Shown piece after piece: positions 18,131-27,204 of a DNA stretch of 41,709 nucleotides. The stretch is from a virus. Lineage: Duplodnaviria > Caudoviricetes. The notes below the pieces were generated by a model. It saw nothing but the letters and a program-made list of their open reading frames with translations. It was not told the origin of the DNA and searched no databases. Where the stretch lies: positions 1 to 41,709 of the IMG/VR virus record IMGVR_UViG_3300037851_000280; one strand, written 5' to 3'. The position numbers and the translations under genes are program-made. The stretch's first letter is position 1; every line of letters starts with the position of its first letter.

Positions 18131-19246
18131 TTAGCTGGCCGTGCCGTCAGCCCAGGTCGCATTGTTATTGTAGCGCGGCGTGCCGTTCGTCCGGTCTGCC
18201 ACACCGACGCCGAAGCCACCCTTGATCATCATGTATTGCAGAGGATGGGCCGGGCTACCATTGCGCGGGTCGTTAGCCGCCATGAACATCGGCCGCGTTT
18301 CCAGCTTATCCAGGCGAACGCGCAACGGGTTGCGCTGCGACAGACCGCCGTAGGTGCGCCACGCGAAGCCGTAGTACTGAGGCATGCCACGAACGATGCG
18401 CACATTCACGTCTTTGATGACGCCGATGTAGTACGAACCATTGGCGTCAGCCAGCAGCGGCAGGGTCGCCCGATTTTCCGACGTGCCATACTGGACGTTC
18501 ACCTGCTGAACCGGCACAAAGCCGGTCAAGGCACGGATAGCGTCTTCATCGGACGGGCCGGTGATGAACTCGTAGGGCGGCTCATGCCCGTGCTCGCGCA
18601 GTTCAGCTACCATGTCGGCAAAGGCCGCAACCGTCCACGCGCCGCCGGTGATGCCCACATAATGCTCGTGCGTGCTGGAGAAGGCCGTGCCACCGTAGGA
18701 TGGCGGTACGAAGTCAACCCCGGTCGAGGCAGCCGTGGTGGCGAATCCGGGCGACAGACCGCCCGTGCCCAATCCCTTGTTTGCGCCGCTATCGTCGCCG
18801 CGCTGCAAGAGACGGCCGAGAATCTTCTGACGCCAGATGTCGCGGGCGTCCTTGATCACGTCGGCGATGTCGGCCTCAAGCTGCTCCATGCGCGCATCTT
18901 CCAGATAGTCCCACGTCCAACCCAGGGCGCGGTCAAACTTCTGGTAGGGCAGCATGTGGCCCTCGGTCGCGGCGCGTGCCTCGTCCGGACGGCCGTATTC
19001 GGTATGCACCTCAAAGCCGTTGGAAACACCGACGCGGTATTCCAGATCGGGCTTGTCGGTCAGGCTGATGAGCGAACCCCACAGGCCGCCGACCAGTTCT
19101 GCATTGAGCGAACCCAATGCGCCATTCAACATGCCATAGACGGCTTCGATTGATGTGCCGTCCTGTAGCTCCCAATTTTTGAGAGCCGTTGCGTCCCAGC
19201 CGGTCAGCATGACCAGGCTGGAGGTATCCCGTGGTCCCTTAGCCAT
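18131..19246 (-). CDS. Major capsid protein
   Basis: 371 aa, strong AGGAGG RBS, biased codons, position after scaffold and decoration genes. Confidence 0.8.
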   Translation of the reverse strand: MAKGPRDTSSLVMLTGWDATALKNWELQDGTSIEAVYGMLNGALGSLNAELVGGLWGSLISLTDKPDLEYRVGVSNGFEVHTEYGRPDEARAATEGHMLPYQKFDRALGWTWDYLEDARMEQLEADIADVIKDARDIWRQKILGRLLQRGDDSGANKGLGTGGLSPGFATTAASTGVDFVPPSYGGTAFSSTHEHYVGITGGAWTVAAFADMVAELREHGHEPPYEFITGPSDEDAIRALTGFVPVQQVNVQYGTSENRATLPLLADANGSYYIGVIKDVNVRIVRGMPQYYGFAWRTYGGLSQRNPLRVRLDKLETRPMFMAANDPRNGSPAHPLQYMMIKGGFGVGVADRTNGTPRYNNNATWADGTAS

Positions 19247-19259
19247 GATTCATGCCTCC

Positions 19260-19637
19260 TTACACCGACACATTCACGAAGACAACCGTCGCGCTTTCGG
19301 CCCAGCCGATTTTGCTTTGGTTGCCAGCGGTTGACTCAGACGGTTCACCGGCGGTCGTGCTATTGTAGATAGCAGCGGCCGGCGTCGCCCCGGTCACGCA
19401 AACGACCGGACCGAACACAACGACATCAACGCGGTCTCCAGCGGCGGCGGCGGCGGCAAGAGCCACCCCCACGTTTTGCTGGGCCGCGCTTGTGCTATCG
19501 GATGGGTCAACATACCCGTCCGATTGCATGGATACAATTTCACCGGCCGCAATCGCAGCCCCGGCCGTGAAGCGACGCACAATCGCCCCCTGCAACGGCT
19601 TGACATTGGCGGCGGTGGTATCGCGTGCGATAGCCAT
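19260..19637 (-). CDS. Capsid decoration/cement protein (DUF2190-like)
   Basis: FTAGAAIAAGEIV...VGVALAAAAAAGDRVDVVVFG motif. Confidence 0.75.
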   Translation of the reverse strand: MAIARDTTAANVKPLQGAIVRRFTAGAAIAAGEIVSMQSDGYVDPSDSTSAAQQNVGVALAAAAAAGDRVDVVVFGPVVCVTGATPAAAIYNSTTAGEPSESTAGNQSKIGWAESATVVFVNVSV

Positions 19638-19647
19638 TATTCACCCC

Positions 19648-20235
19648 TTAACTGATTTTCACGAAATGGCGGCGGTACAGTTCGGGGTTAACCCCCAACC
19701 GGATCGCCTGTTGCTCAACCTCGGCCTCATCCATGATGACCGCCCCGTTGCCACCCTTGCCCCCGTCCAGCGACGGCGCGGGCGGCTTCTGTAGCAATGA
19801 CTGGCTGGCGTCTAGCCATTCAGCCAATTTGAACGGGTCGTCATAGTCCGGCACGAGCGACCGCAGGTGCTCAGGAACCGCTTCAATCCGGCGCTTGTTA
19901 GCCTCGGCGGCGGCCGAAGTCAGGGCATCCAATTTAGCTTTGGCAGCGCGGAGGCTTTCGGCGTCCGCTGTAGTCTGCTCGTAGAGTTCTTTCCACTTGC
20001 CCTGCTCGGCCAGCGCCGCCGCTTCGCGCTGTTGCCTTTCGGCCTCTTGCGCGGCAGTCGCCGTCTCTAGTTCCTTCAGGCGCTTGCGTAAGCCTTGTGC
20101 TTCTTTCTGTGTTTCTTTGTACTTGGCAAGCGCCGCGTCTACGGTCCACGATTCGCCATGTTCCGCCGCGACCGCCGCCTGGGTGGTAGGGGGTTGCACC
20201 GCCGGGGTGCTTTCCATGTCGTTGCTCTCTGTCAT
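19648..20235 (-). CDS. Capsid scaffolding protein
   Basis: Coiled coil KEAQGLRKRLKELE...LAEQGKWKELYE; AGGAG RBS before MTESND. Confidence 0.8.
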   Translation of the reverse strand: MTESNDMESTPAVQPPTTQAAVAAEHGESWTVDAALAKYKETQKEAQGLRKRLKELETATAAQEAERQQREAAALAEQGKWKELYEQTTADAESLRAAKAKLDALTSAAAEANKRRIEAVPEHLRSLVPDYDDPFKLAEWLDASQSLLQKPPAPSLDGGKGGNGAVIMDEAEVEQQAIRLGVNPELYRRHFVKIS

Positions 20236-20252
20236 CTGATTGTTGCTCCTGG

Positions 20253-20297
20253 CAAATAAAAAGCGGCGCAAGCCCTGCCTGAGAGCTTGCGCCGCTT
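20253..20297 (-). terminator. Intrinsic terminator/attenuator upstream of scaffold
   Basis: 13-bp perfect stem AAGCGGCGCAAGC/GCTTGCGCCGCTT followed by TTTATTT on the minus strand. Confidence 0.7.
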
Positions 20298-20343
20298 GAC
20301 CTTTTCGGCCTATCGGCTACTTATTCACTTGACGAACATGGGC

Positions 20344-20373
20344 ATTATAGCATAGGCGCAACCGGTTCCGCAA
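20344..20373 (-). promoter_or_regulatory. Sigma70-type promoter for head genes
   Basis: TTGCGG-18-TATAAT with extended -10 (TGCTATAAT). Confidence 0.55.
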
Positions 20374-20557
20374 TATGCCCCACGGCCTTCCGTTCACGCC
20401 GTGACAATACCGCCCGTTCGTCTGGCCGTATCGCGCCCAGTTCCACCAACCGGCGCTCGACCGTAACGAGGTAGGATATATGCGCCGCCCTGGATTCGAA
20501 TAGCGCGGTTATCAATTCCAGCCACGCATCGGCGTGCTCTTGCGCCGTGTCGGTCAT
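20345..20557 (-). CDS. Hypothetical protein
   Basis: 70 aa, ATGA overlap with the upstream gene. Confidence 0.6.
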   Translation of the reverse strand: MTDTAQEHADAWLELITALFESRAAHISYLVTVERRLVELGAIRPDERAVLSRRERKAVGHIAEPVAPML

Positions 20558-21213
20558 ACGCTTACCTCATTGCCTTCCCTGTCGCGGTATTCGATGCTGC
20601 ACCGGCAACCCGTCAAGCACGTCCGGCCCCCGACCGGCACGAGTTCGCCTAGCGCCACCCAGCCGCGATCTGTCTCTTCCAGACACCCTTCGCAATTGTC
20701 ACCCGGCTCCAGGACGTTGCGCTCTTCCGCAAAGCCCCGGCGCTCGGCCTCCCGTTCGGTAAAGTTGTAATACGTGCTACGCGCCGCCTGGGCATACATA
20801 TCGGCCCGGCGCGTGAACCGGCCGTCAAGGGGCAGGCCGCCCGCGACTTCATCGGCAAAGTTGCGCAGATAGGCGTATTCGCCCTTGACGATTTGCCCGA
20901 CGCGGCCGAAGTCGGCTTGCGTCATCTGTGCCCAGCCGCCGCGCTCCATCGCCCCGGCAATCAGGTGCGCGTCCTTGACACCTTGCATCATGCCGGTTTG
21001 CCATTCGGCAAGGCTAATAGCACCCGACCGGTAAGATTCGGACAGCGCTCGCATCGACTTGCCGATGCCATCAAGCGCCCGGTCAAGCTGGCCGCGGACG
21101 GCCTTCGCGGATACGGCCCGGCCGCGGGCGTCGATGTAGCCGCCCGTCCCATGCCGCAACGCCGGGTTATAGCGGTATTCGGGTAGCAGCGGGTCGGGCT
21201 TCAGCGCCGCCAT
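20554..21213 (-). CDS. Minor head/morphogenesis protein (MuF-like C-terminus)
   Basis: RRADMYAQA...CEGC...PVGGRTCLTGCRC motif; downstream of portal. Confidence 0.65.
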   Translation of the reverse strand: MAALKPDPLLPEYRYNPALRHGTGGYIDARGRAVSAKAVRGQLDRALDGIGKSMRALSESYRSGAISLAEWQTGMMQGVKDAHLIAGAMERGGWAQMTQADFGRVGQIVKGEYAYLRNFADEVAGGLPLDGRFTRRADMYAQAARSTYYNFTEREAERRGFAEERNVLEPGDNCEGCLEETDRGWVALGELVPVGGRTCLTGCRCSIEYRDREGNEVSV

Positions 21214-21403
21214 TGTCTGTCATCTCCTCGGCTTGTAGCAGGTTCTTATAACGCCGTTCCAGGTAGCGCCGTGCCGTTTGTGCCGCGTGCAGGATGTCGG
21301 CGTCCGTGACCTCGGCTAGTGTGTCAAGGTCATCGTCGCTCAGGTCAAGCGGCCGCGCTTTTCGTTTTTCGCCTTCTACGGGCTGTTTGTCGTTTTCCGG
21401 CAT
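21167..21403 (-). CDS. Hypothetical protein
   Basis: 78 aa with GGGGA RBS. Confidence 0.55.
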   Translation of the reverse strand: MPENDKQPVEGEKRKARPLDLSDDDLDTLAEVTDADILHAAQTARRYLERRYKNLLQAEEMTDNGGAEARPAATRIPL

Positions 21404-21430
21404 ATTCCCCCTACGCTTGCGCCCGACGCG

Positions 21431-21682
21431 TTATTGATTCCACGCCGGCGGGTCGCTTTGCGCCCATTGACGCCACCATGCCACCATTAGCCGTCGGCGG
21501 GTTAGGGCGCTATTTTGGGAATCGCCCTCGGTCCAGCCCCCTTCTTCTATATCCGCGTAACACCGCAAGCATCGCGCGGCGACTGTGTAAGAACCGTCTG
21601 ATTCTTTGTGAATCCGGTATTTTATAAATCTATCGGCCGCCATGCAGCCAGGACACCGTCTAACCTTTTCATCTTCGGTCAT
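21431..21682 (-). CDS. Hypothetical Zn-ribbon-like protein
   Basis: CPGC and CLRC pairs; follows portal. Confidence 0.5.
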   Translation of the reverse strand: MTEDEKVRRCPGCMAADRFIKYRIHKESDGSYTVAARCLRCYADIEEGGWTEGDSQNSALTRRRLMVAWWRQWAQSDPPAWNQ

Positions 21683-21686
21683 CTTG

Positions 21687-23081
21687 TTACCTCGCTATCG
21701 GCGTTAGCAGGTCTGTCCCATTCACCAATTGTACAATCTCTTCTTCCGTGTAGCCGACCACCATCGCCGCGCCGTCAATTGTTGCGCCGGCGGATACGAG
21801 CTGAGCTACGACGCTGGCCCGTTGCGCTTCAATTGCCACTTTGTCCACCCGGTTGAAATCTTCCCATACGGTAGCGACCTCTTCCACCGGCCCGCCGCCA
21901 CTGCCATAGACGCCGTTAAGCGCCAGGGCGATGCGCATAACGTCCTCCCATGCGTTGCCGATTGCCACGCTCTCCGATGCAACCTTTGCCACAATCTGAC
22001 TATCATCGGCCCGCTGCGTATCGGCCGATGCGACCGCGCCCGTCACCTGGAAGTACTGAAGCGGGATATGCGACAGTTGCGCCATGCGAACGATATGATC
22101 CGCAATGGCTTGGCGCAAGTCGCCTAGTGACGCGGGCGGAATGACGCCGGTCGATTCACCGCTGGGGATGGTGAATATCGTCCCCGGTGTGATAGTCAGT
22201 GCCGTGCCATCCGGCGCGGTTGCCCTTGCCCCGCTTACCCAGATGATCTGAAACGCCGTCCGGTCGCGCGCCTCCGATTCGTCAAGGATTGCTTTGTTGA
22301 GCGACATCTGAAGGGGCACTAGCTTTTCTAGCTCGGACTGGCCCCAATTGCCACCGTCATCGCGCCAACGGAAGTGAACGATTGGAATGACACCGGCGGG
22401 CCACGGTTCCACGGCTTGCACGCCCCCGGCCTCATACGGCCGCCAGCCCGCGCCGCTTTCGATGTAGCGCTCTATCCGGTCGGGACGGTAGATGTTCATT
22501 CGCCGCGTGCGGGTGACTTCCCCCGTCGCCTCATCTAGCGTTAGCTCGGTCCACCGCTTGCTAGCAAACGTCATCGACCGGCGCTGGCTTGACGTATAGT
22601 GGACCTTGACGCCTTCCGTCCCGTCGAATGCCGGTTCGTGGTAGAAGCGCGGCAGGTTGGCGTCGTTGTCCCATTCGATGAGGACGTAGGTATCGCCGTC
22701 GCGGACGGCCGCCCGGTGGACCTGATTCTGTAGACCGTCCATCCGGTTAGCACGCCACCACTGCATGAGTAGGCCATCATCGCCGCCGATACCTTCTGGC
22801 GCGTCAAACGATTTGACCGTCAGCCGTTCCACGCACAATTCGACCGGCAAGGGCAGGTAGTTAACGCAGAAGGGAAAGTCGGCGTCTAGGCCGAGGTATT
22901 GCTTCTGTCGGTCGGTCAAGGGCACGTCATGATCGCCGTCGTACCACTCCCGTAACCGAACATAGTGTTCCTGTTGATCGGCATCGTCCAGCGCCAGCCA
23001 GCGGAGTAACGCCGTTTGTGCCTCGTTCGTCCCTTGCGACCGGGGACGTTGCCCGGCCCGCGTGATAATGTCCTTGAACAT
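21687..23081 (-). CDS. Portal protein (SPP1 gp6-like)
   Basis: 464 aa; WYDGDH...NYLPLPVE..VERL...RDGDTYVLI...GVIPIVHF...GQSELE motifs; follows TerL. Confidence 0.88.
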   Translation of the reverse strand: MFKDIITRAGQRPRSQGTNEAQTALLRWLALDDADQQEHYVRLREWYDGDHDVPLTDRQKQYLGLDADFPFCVNYLPLPVELCVERLTVKSFDAPEGIGGDDGLLMQWWRANRMDGLQNQVHRAAVRDGDTYVLIEWDNDANLPRFYHEPAFDGTEGVKVHYTSSQRRSMTFASKRWTELTLDEATGEVTRTRRMNIYRPDRIERYIESGAGWRPYEAGGVQAVEPWPAGVIPIVHFRWRDDGGNWGQSELEKLVPLQMSLNKAILDESEARDRTAFQIIWVSGARATAPDGTALTITPGTIFTIPSGESTGVIPPASLGDLRQAIADHIVRMAQLSHIPLQYFQVTGAVASADTQRADDSQIVAKVASESVAIGNAWEDVMRIALALNGVYGSGGGPVEEVATVWEDFNRVDKVAIEAQRASVVAQLVSAGATIDGAAMVVGYTEEEIVQLVNGTDLLTPIAR

Positions 23082-23092
23082 CTAACCCCTCC

Positions 23093-24316
23093 CTATCGTT
23101 TGCCGCCTATGTAATTGACCATTTCGATTTGCCTACCCGCGCCGTCTGTCGCGCCGTACCATGCCAGCGCCAGGGCAATCACCGTATCGTCATGCATACC
23201 GTCCGGCGCTCCGTAACGCACCGTGCCGGTCGGCGTGCGCTCGCCCTCATATGCCTGTAGTTCGCTTATCAGCGTCGTGTCCGGAATGATGCGAATGTCA
23301 CCCCGCTCCAATGCCGACGCCAGACTACCGATGATCGCCGTCTTGCTGCCGCTGGTAGTCGTGAAGTCCACCACGTTCAACCCGGCCGCCCGGAGCGCCT
23401 CATTATTCGGCCGTCCCATCGCGTTAGCCTCAGACACAACGACAATGGGCCGGAATCGCTTCGCCATGCCCATGATGCGCTCGCGCTGCAGGGTGTAGTC
23501 CACCCCGTTCCATCGCTCCAGGGCGACCAGTTCTTTCGTGCCCATGTCGACCACGGCGACGGCGGTGTAGTCGTTGCTATAGGCCCAGTCCACCCCGAAG
23601 GCGTATTGCCGGCCCAGCAAGCCGTCGTCTCGCGTCGCGGCGGTTGCGGCTTCGATGACCCGACGAAAGACGCCGCCCGCGTCGTCAAGGAATGCCGCGT
23701 CGAGTTCCTGGGCCGCCACGCGCTCCGGTAGTGTCCGGCGCATAGAGGCCAGTTCATCCGGCGGCGCTGGCCCTACTTCGGACGGCATTTGCCAGCACGC
23801 CCATTCGCCATCAAGTTCGTCCCGGCCCATTTGCCACATGCGCCAGAATCCGTTACGGCCTTTCGGCGTCGAGGCTATATAGGCATCGCCGCGCAGGTCG
23901 GCAAGCGTCGAGCGAATGGCGTAGTTCCAACTGTCCCATAGCCGCGCCACAAACGCGGCTTCGTCAATGAGCACCCGCTTGTACTTGCGACCGCGCCCGG
24001 CCTCGACATCGGTCAGGCTCCAGAATTCCAGCGACCCCCCGGTGACGAAATCCATCCTGCGCTCGGTCGCGTTCTGCCTGACGATGATAGGCGCAAGCCG
24101 ATTAGCCAAGTCGCGCCACACCTCTCCCATGTCCTTGTACGTCGGGCTGAACCAGCCAACCGGATAGGGCAACGTCTCCGGCGTGACCGCCTGATGCTTA
24201 AGTAATTCAGACTTGCCGGCCCGTCGACCAATGGCAAGCACCTTGAACCGACCGGGCGCATCGATAACTTCCCGTTGCCAGGGTATCGGCCGGTACAGGG
24301 ATATCTCAATCGGCAT
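23093..24316 (-). CDS. terL: Terminase large subunit
   Basis: Walker A GRRAGKS, Walker B VLIDEAA, STPKG, nuclease GVDWA and HDDTVIALALA. Confidence 0.95.
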   Translation of the reverse strand: MPIEISLYRPIPWQREVIDAPGRFKVLAIGRRAGKSELLKHQAVTPETLPYPVGWFSPTYKDMGEVWRDLANRLAPIIVRQNATERRMDFVTGGSLEFWSLTDVEAGRGRKYKRVLIDEAAFVARLWDSWNYAIRSTLADLRGDAYIASTPKGRNGFWRMWQMGRDELDGEWACWQMPSEVGPAPPDELASMRRTLPERVAAQELDAAFLDDAGGVFRRVIEAATAATRDDGLLGRQYAFGVDWAYSNDYTAVAVVDMGTKELVALERWNGVDYTLQRERIMGMAKRFRPIVVVSEANAMGRPNNEALRAAGLNVVDFTTTSGSKTAIIGSLASALERGDIRIIPDTTLISELQAYEGERTPTGTVRYGAPDGMHDDTVIALALAWYGATDGAGRQIEMVNYIGGKR

Positions 24317-24680
24317 AGGTAATCACGACCTCGACCGGCTTGCCATCCGCGCCGGTCACTTCCGTGCGCTTTGCCGGGTACAGCCCCAATAGCTCTGCCT
24401 CGTCCTTTGCCACTGCCAGCGCTAGTCGCCGGTCGCCCGCTTGCTCTGCCTTGCGGCGTAGGTCGCGCCGGATAGCGATATGCTCAGCGAGTAGGTCAGC
24501 CTGTTCGACCTCGGCAATCGCCCGGATGCGCTTGCGGGCGGCGGCAATATACGATTCTCGTTGGCGGCCCGTCAAGCCCCAATCCGAAGTCTTCTGAAGA
24601 ATCTGCGCCGTAGTCCAGCCGTCGAGAATCAACCTGTAAATCTCCTCGACGCGACGCTCGACGGTAACCTTATCGGCCAT
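24306..24680 (-). CDS. terS: Terminase small subunit
   Basis: N-terminal HTH and C-terminal TEVTGADGKPVEV; immediately upstream of TerL. Confidence 0.8.
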   Translation of the reverse strand: MADKVTVERRVEEIYRLILDGWTTAQILQKTSDWGLTGRQRESYIAAARKRIRAIAEVEQADLLAEHIAIRRDLRRKAEQAGDRRLALAVAKDEAELLGLYPAKRTEVTGADGKPVEVVITYAD

Positions 24681-24687
24681 AGTCCCT

Positions 24688-24984
24688 CTAAAACGGCGGC
24701 CGTTCCGTCGCTATGCCCAGCGCTCGAAGACCGTCCTCGAATGATTCCACCCGCGCCCAATGGTCGCCGTACTTGTCGCGCGCCTTGACTTCCGACGGCT
24801 CTAGCCTGACTTTCGGCCCGGTCTTGATTTCCAGGAACACGGGCGCGCCGTACTGGTAACGGGCGATCAGGTCAAAGCCCAGGCCGGGATACATCGAGAC
24901 ATCCTGAACGTACACCCCCGGCACGCCGCGCAAGGCGTCGCGTATCGCGGCGTGATTTTCGTCCGTCCGTCTTGCGTAGCTCAT
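24688..24984 (-). CDS. VRR-NUC/PD-(D/E)XK nuclease, putative Holliday junction resolvase
   Basis: RTDENHAAIRDALR...GFDLI...FLEIK motif; GAGGA RBS before MSY. Confidence 0.75.
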   Translation of the reverse strand: MSYARRTDENHAAIRDALRGVPGVYVQDVSMYPGLGFDLIARYQYGAPVFLEIKTGPKVRLEPSEVKARDKYGDHWARVESFEDGLRALGIATERPPF

Positions 24985-25000
24985 ATCGTCCTCTCTATGA

Positions 25001-25309
25001 TTATACACCCGGTGTAAAGTTGCCCATCTGCCTCTTCCGTATTGCCACGTACTCGGCCAACCACTGCCGCGCCTTATCCGGCTGGAATCCGAGCACATAA
25101 CAATCCACCTCGAAGTTGTCACCGGCGACGTACTCCGCCGCGTCTTGCATGAGCGCGGGCCTATCGAATTGACACAGGTCATAGGCGGCCCGAACGATGA
25201 TAGCCGCAAGCAGCCGCCGCTCCGGTATGCCCGTCATGCGGCCCGGCTTGTTGTAGGGGTTGTAATTGTAATGGCAGCGCGTGCCGGGATGATGAGCGGC
25301 GACGGTCAT
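25001..25309 (-). CDS. Phage hypothetical protein
   Basis: PERRLLAAIIVRAAYD motif; start uncertain (25309 or ~25237). Confidence 0.55.
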   Translation of the reverse strand: MTVAAHHPGTRCHYNYNPYNKPGRMTGIPERRLLAAIIVRAAYDLCQFDRPALMQDAAEYVAGDNFEVDCYVLGFQPDKARQWLAEYVAIRKRQMGNFTPGV

Positions 25310-25310
25310 G

Positions 25311-25631
25311 TTACCAATCCTCCAGATCATCGCGCCGACCGGCGACCATCGGCGGCGCATCTGCCGGCCGAGGCTGCGGCGCATAGCCCGGCTTGATGAT
25401 CGCCAGCCGATGCTGATTCTTGCCCCGCGCCTCAACGCGGAAGTGTACAAAGCCATCGCCCTGACAGACGATGTAGCGCGGATGGCCCGGTCCCCAGAAT
25501 GCCCAGCCTTCCGGGTCATTGAACGCATCGACAATAGCCGTCTCCTGCACCGGCCGCCGGCACTTCGGACACTGGCGGACGAGCTCAACGGCAATGTCGC
25601 CTATTGGCTTTAGCCCCCTACTCTTTTTCAT
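25311..25631 (-). CDS. Hypothetical protein with CxxC
   Basis: 106 aa, GGAGG RBS, CPKC. Confidence 0.55.
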   Translation of the reverse strand: MKKSRGLKPIGDIAVELVRQCPKCRRPVQETAIVDAFNDPEGWAFWGPGHPRYIVCQGDGFVHFRVEARGKNQHRLAIIKPGYAPQPRPADAPPMVAGRRDDLEDW

Positions 25632-25950
25632 TCGATCCTCCGGTTTTCGATCGTTTCCGTGTCTCGGTCCGCTCGTTTGTTTTTCGTCTTTTCAGGGCTT
25701 CGGTGATGTCGCTGCTTGACCGCCCGGCTCGCACACCGTGAAAACGCTCATGACATGATTCACACAAGCAGGTTAGGTCATCCGGCCATTCATCGCCCAG
25801 TCGTTCATAGGTTCGATGATGAGCGTGTAGGTCGCGCTCTCCGCCCGACTTATTGCAGATTTGACAACGCCATCCGGCACGGGCTTTGCAGTACGTCGCC
25901 CTTGCTTTCCACCCCTCTGTTTGTAGATATTCCTGATAGTCGATTATCAC
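25618..25950 (-). CDS. HNH endonuclease
   Basis: CQIC...LHAHHRTYE...LTCLCESCHERFH. Confidence 0.85.
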   Translation of the reverse strand: MIIDYQEYLQTEGWKARATYCKARAGWRCQICNKSGGERDLHAHHRTYERLGDEWPDDLTCLCESCHERFHGVRAGRSSSDITEALKRRKTNERTETRKRSKTGGSNEKE

Positions 25951-25982
25951 GTCTTGCTCCTAATTCCTATTGCTGATGCACC

Positions 25983-26158
25983 GTTCGGTTTTACGGTTTT
26001 ACCCCTATAAGGAGGGGTAAAACCGTAAAACCGAACACAAAACGGGAGGCGCGCCCGTAAAACCGCCGTAAAACCGCCGTAAAACCGCCGTAAAACCCCG
26101 TAAAACCGGGAATTAGCCGTAAAACCGGTTTTACACCCCCCTGTAAAACCGGTTTTAG
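25983..26158. repeat. Putative replication origin: 24-bp inverted repeat plus GTAAAACC iterons
   Basis: Perfect inverted repeat 25983-26006/26013-26036. Nine forward GTAAAACC and three exact reverse copies, with 11-bp spacing at 26057-26097. Lies directly downstream of the helicase. Confidence 0.75.
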
Positions 26159-26166
26159 CCAATTCT

Positions 26167-27204
26167 TTAAGGTAGGCAAATAATGGCTGCATTGTCTCGT
26201 CCCTTTTCAGTCACAAGTTCGCCCGTAATGTTTAGCATATCGTCTATCCAGCCGCGCACGTTATTGACGCCGACCTGTCCTTCCAAGCGGTCGCGAGTTA
26301 GGGTGGCGAGGCGTGTCTTGGTGATCTGCCCGGCCTCAGCGACTATCTCTAAGATGGTTGTTTTGATATTATTCTCGCCGCGCATTCGTTCCTTGCCGCT
26401 AAACCATGCCGTTTCCAGGTCATGAGTCCCAGCGTGGTGGGTGTAGTTGAACACTGCCATAGCGGGCGGTACGTCAACGCCGCGTGTCTTGGTTGACTGG
26501 ATACTAACGATACCCGTATCCGGATCGCGCATAACGTTAAGGGCCAGGTCGACCGCGGCCTCGATGCTGCTATGGCCTCGGAGTGCATCGCCAGACCGTC
26601 CGCCATTGGCCCCCCCCTTGCGCTGATGATGGACAATGACAAGCGCGCTTTTTGTTCGCTCGGCTATCAAGCGCAGATAGCCCATGACGTTCGCCATTTC
26701 CGCGCTATTCTCTTCCACGTCACCGGTGATGAGGCCCAAGTTATCAATGATGACAAGTCGCGCCCCGCAATTGCGGATCACGTCTATCAGGTAAAGCGTG
26801 CTATCCAGTTTGTTTGCATTCAGCGGTGGCATGGGCATCGAAACATAATAGAACGGCGCGTCGGGCGGCAAGTTGCGCGCCTTGCCCAACGCGGCAAAAC
26901 GCTCGTGTGTTCGTCGCGAGCCGTTGTCTATGTCTATCCAAAGGGCGGGACATTGGAAGGTATTGATCCCCTTGTTGTTCGGTTGCGAGCCGGGTAGCCA
27001 GTCGCGGCCGCTAATGGTCGCCAGGCACATATCGGCCAATAACATACTCTTCATGCTGGCCGGCGGCCCGTAGACAATGTTGATTGTCTCGGTGCTAAAA
27101 TATCTGTCTACAATCCATTGGGTCGGCTCTCGCTCTAGATAGGCGTCGTTGAGGGTGAATATCTGCCAGCCTTGCGGTTCGCCGTCGGGCGTTTCATCGT
27201 ACAT
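26167..27204 (-). CDS. AAA_25/RepA-like replicative helicase
   Basis: Walker A GPPASMKS, Walker B LVIIDNL, IVHHQRKG, LRGHSSIEAAVD; TAATG coupling to the primase. Confidence 0.88.
   Translation of the reverse strand: MYDETPDGEPQGWQIFTLNDAYLEREPTQWIVDRYFSTETINIVYGPPASMKSMLLADMCLATISGRDWLPGSQPNNKGINTFQCPALWIDIDNGSRRTHERFAALGKARNLPPDAPFYYVSMPMPPLNANKLDSTLYLIDVIRNCGARLVIIDNLGLITGDVEENSAEMANVMGYLRLIAERTKSALVIVHHQRKGGANGGRSGDALRGHSSIEAAVDLALNVMRDPDTGIVSIQSTKTRGVDVPPAMAVFNYTHHAGTHDLETAWFSGKERMRGENNIKTTILEIVAEAGQITKTRLATLTRDRLEGQVGVNNVRGWIDDMLNITGELVTEKGRDNAAIICLP

Noticed and set aside
18236-19153. 305-aa plus-strand ORF opposite the capsid gene
   Set aside because: Typical antisense open frame of a GC3-biased gene; no RBS or motifs.
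1-26000. Impression of frequent CTAG and CTA codons in the late arm (possible restriction-site avoidance)
   Set aside because: Cannot be quantified by eye; needs k-mer observed/expected counts.
25947-26192. ORFs across the iteron region (GFTAV/KPV repeats)
   Set aside because: Their repeats simply mirror the DNA iterons; better explained as an origin.
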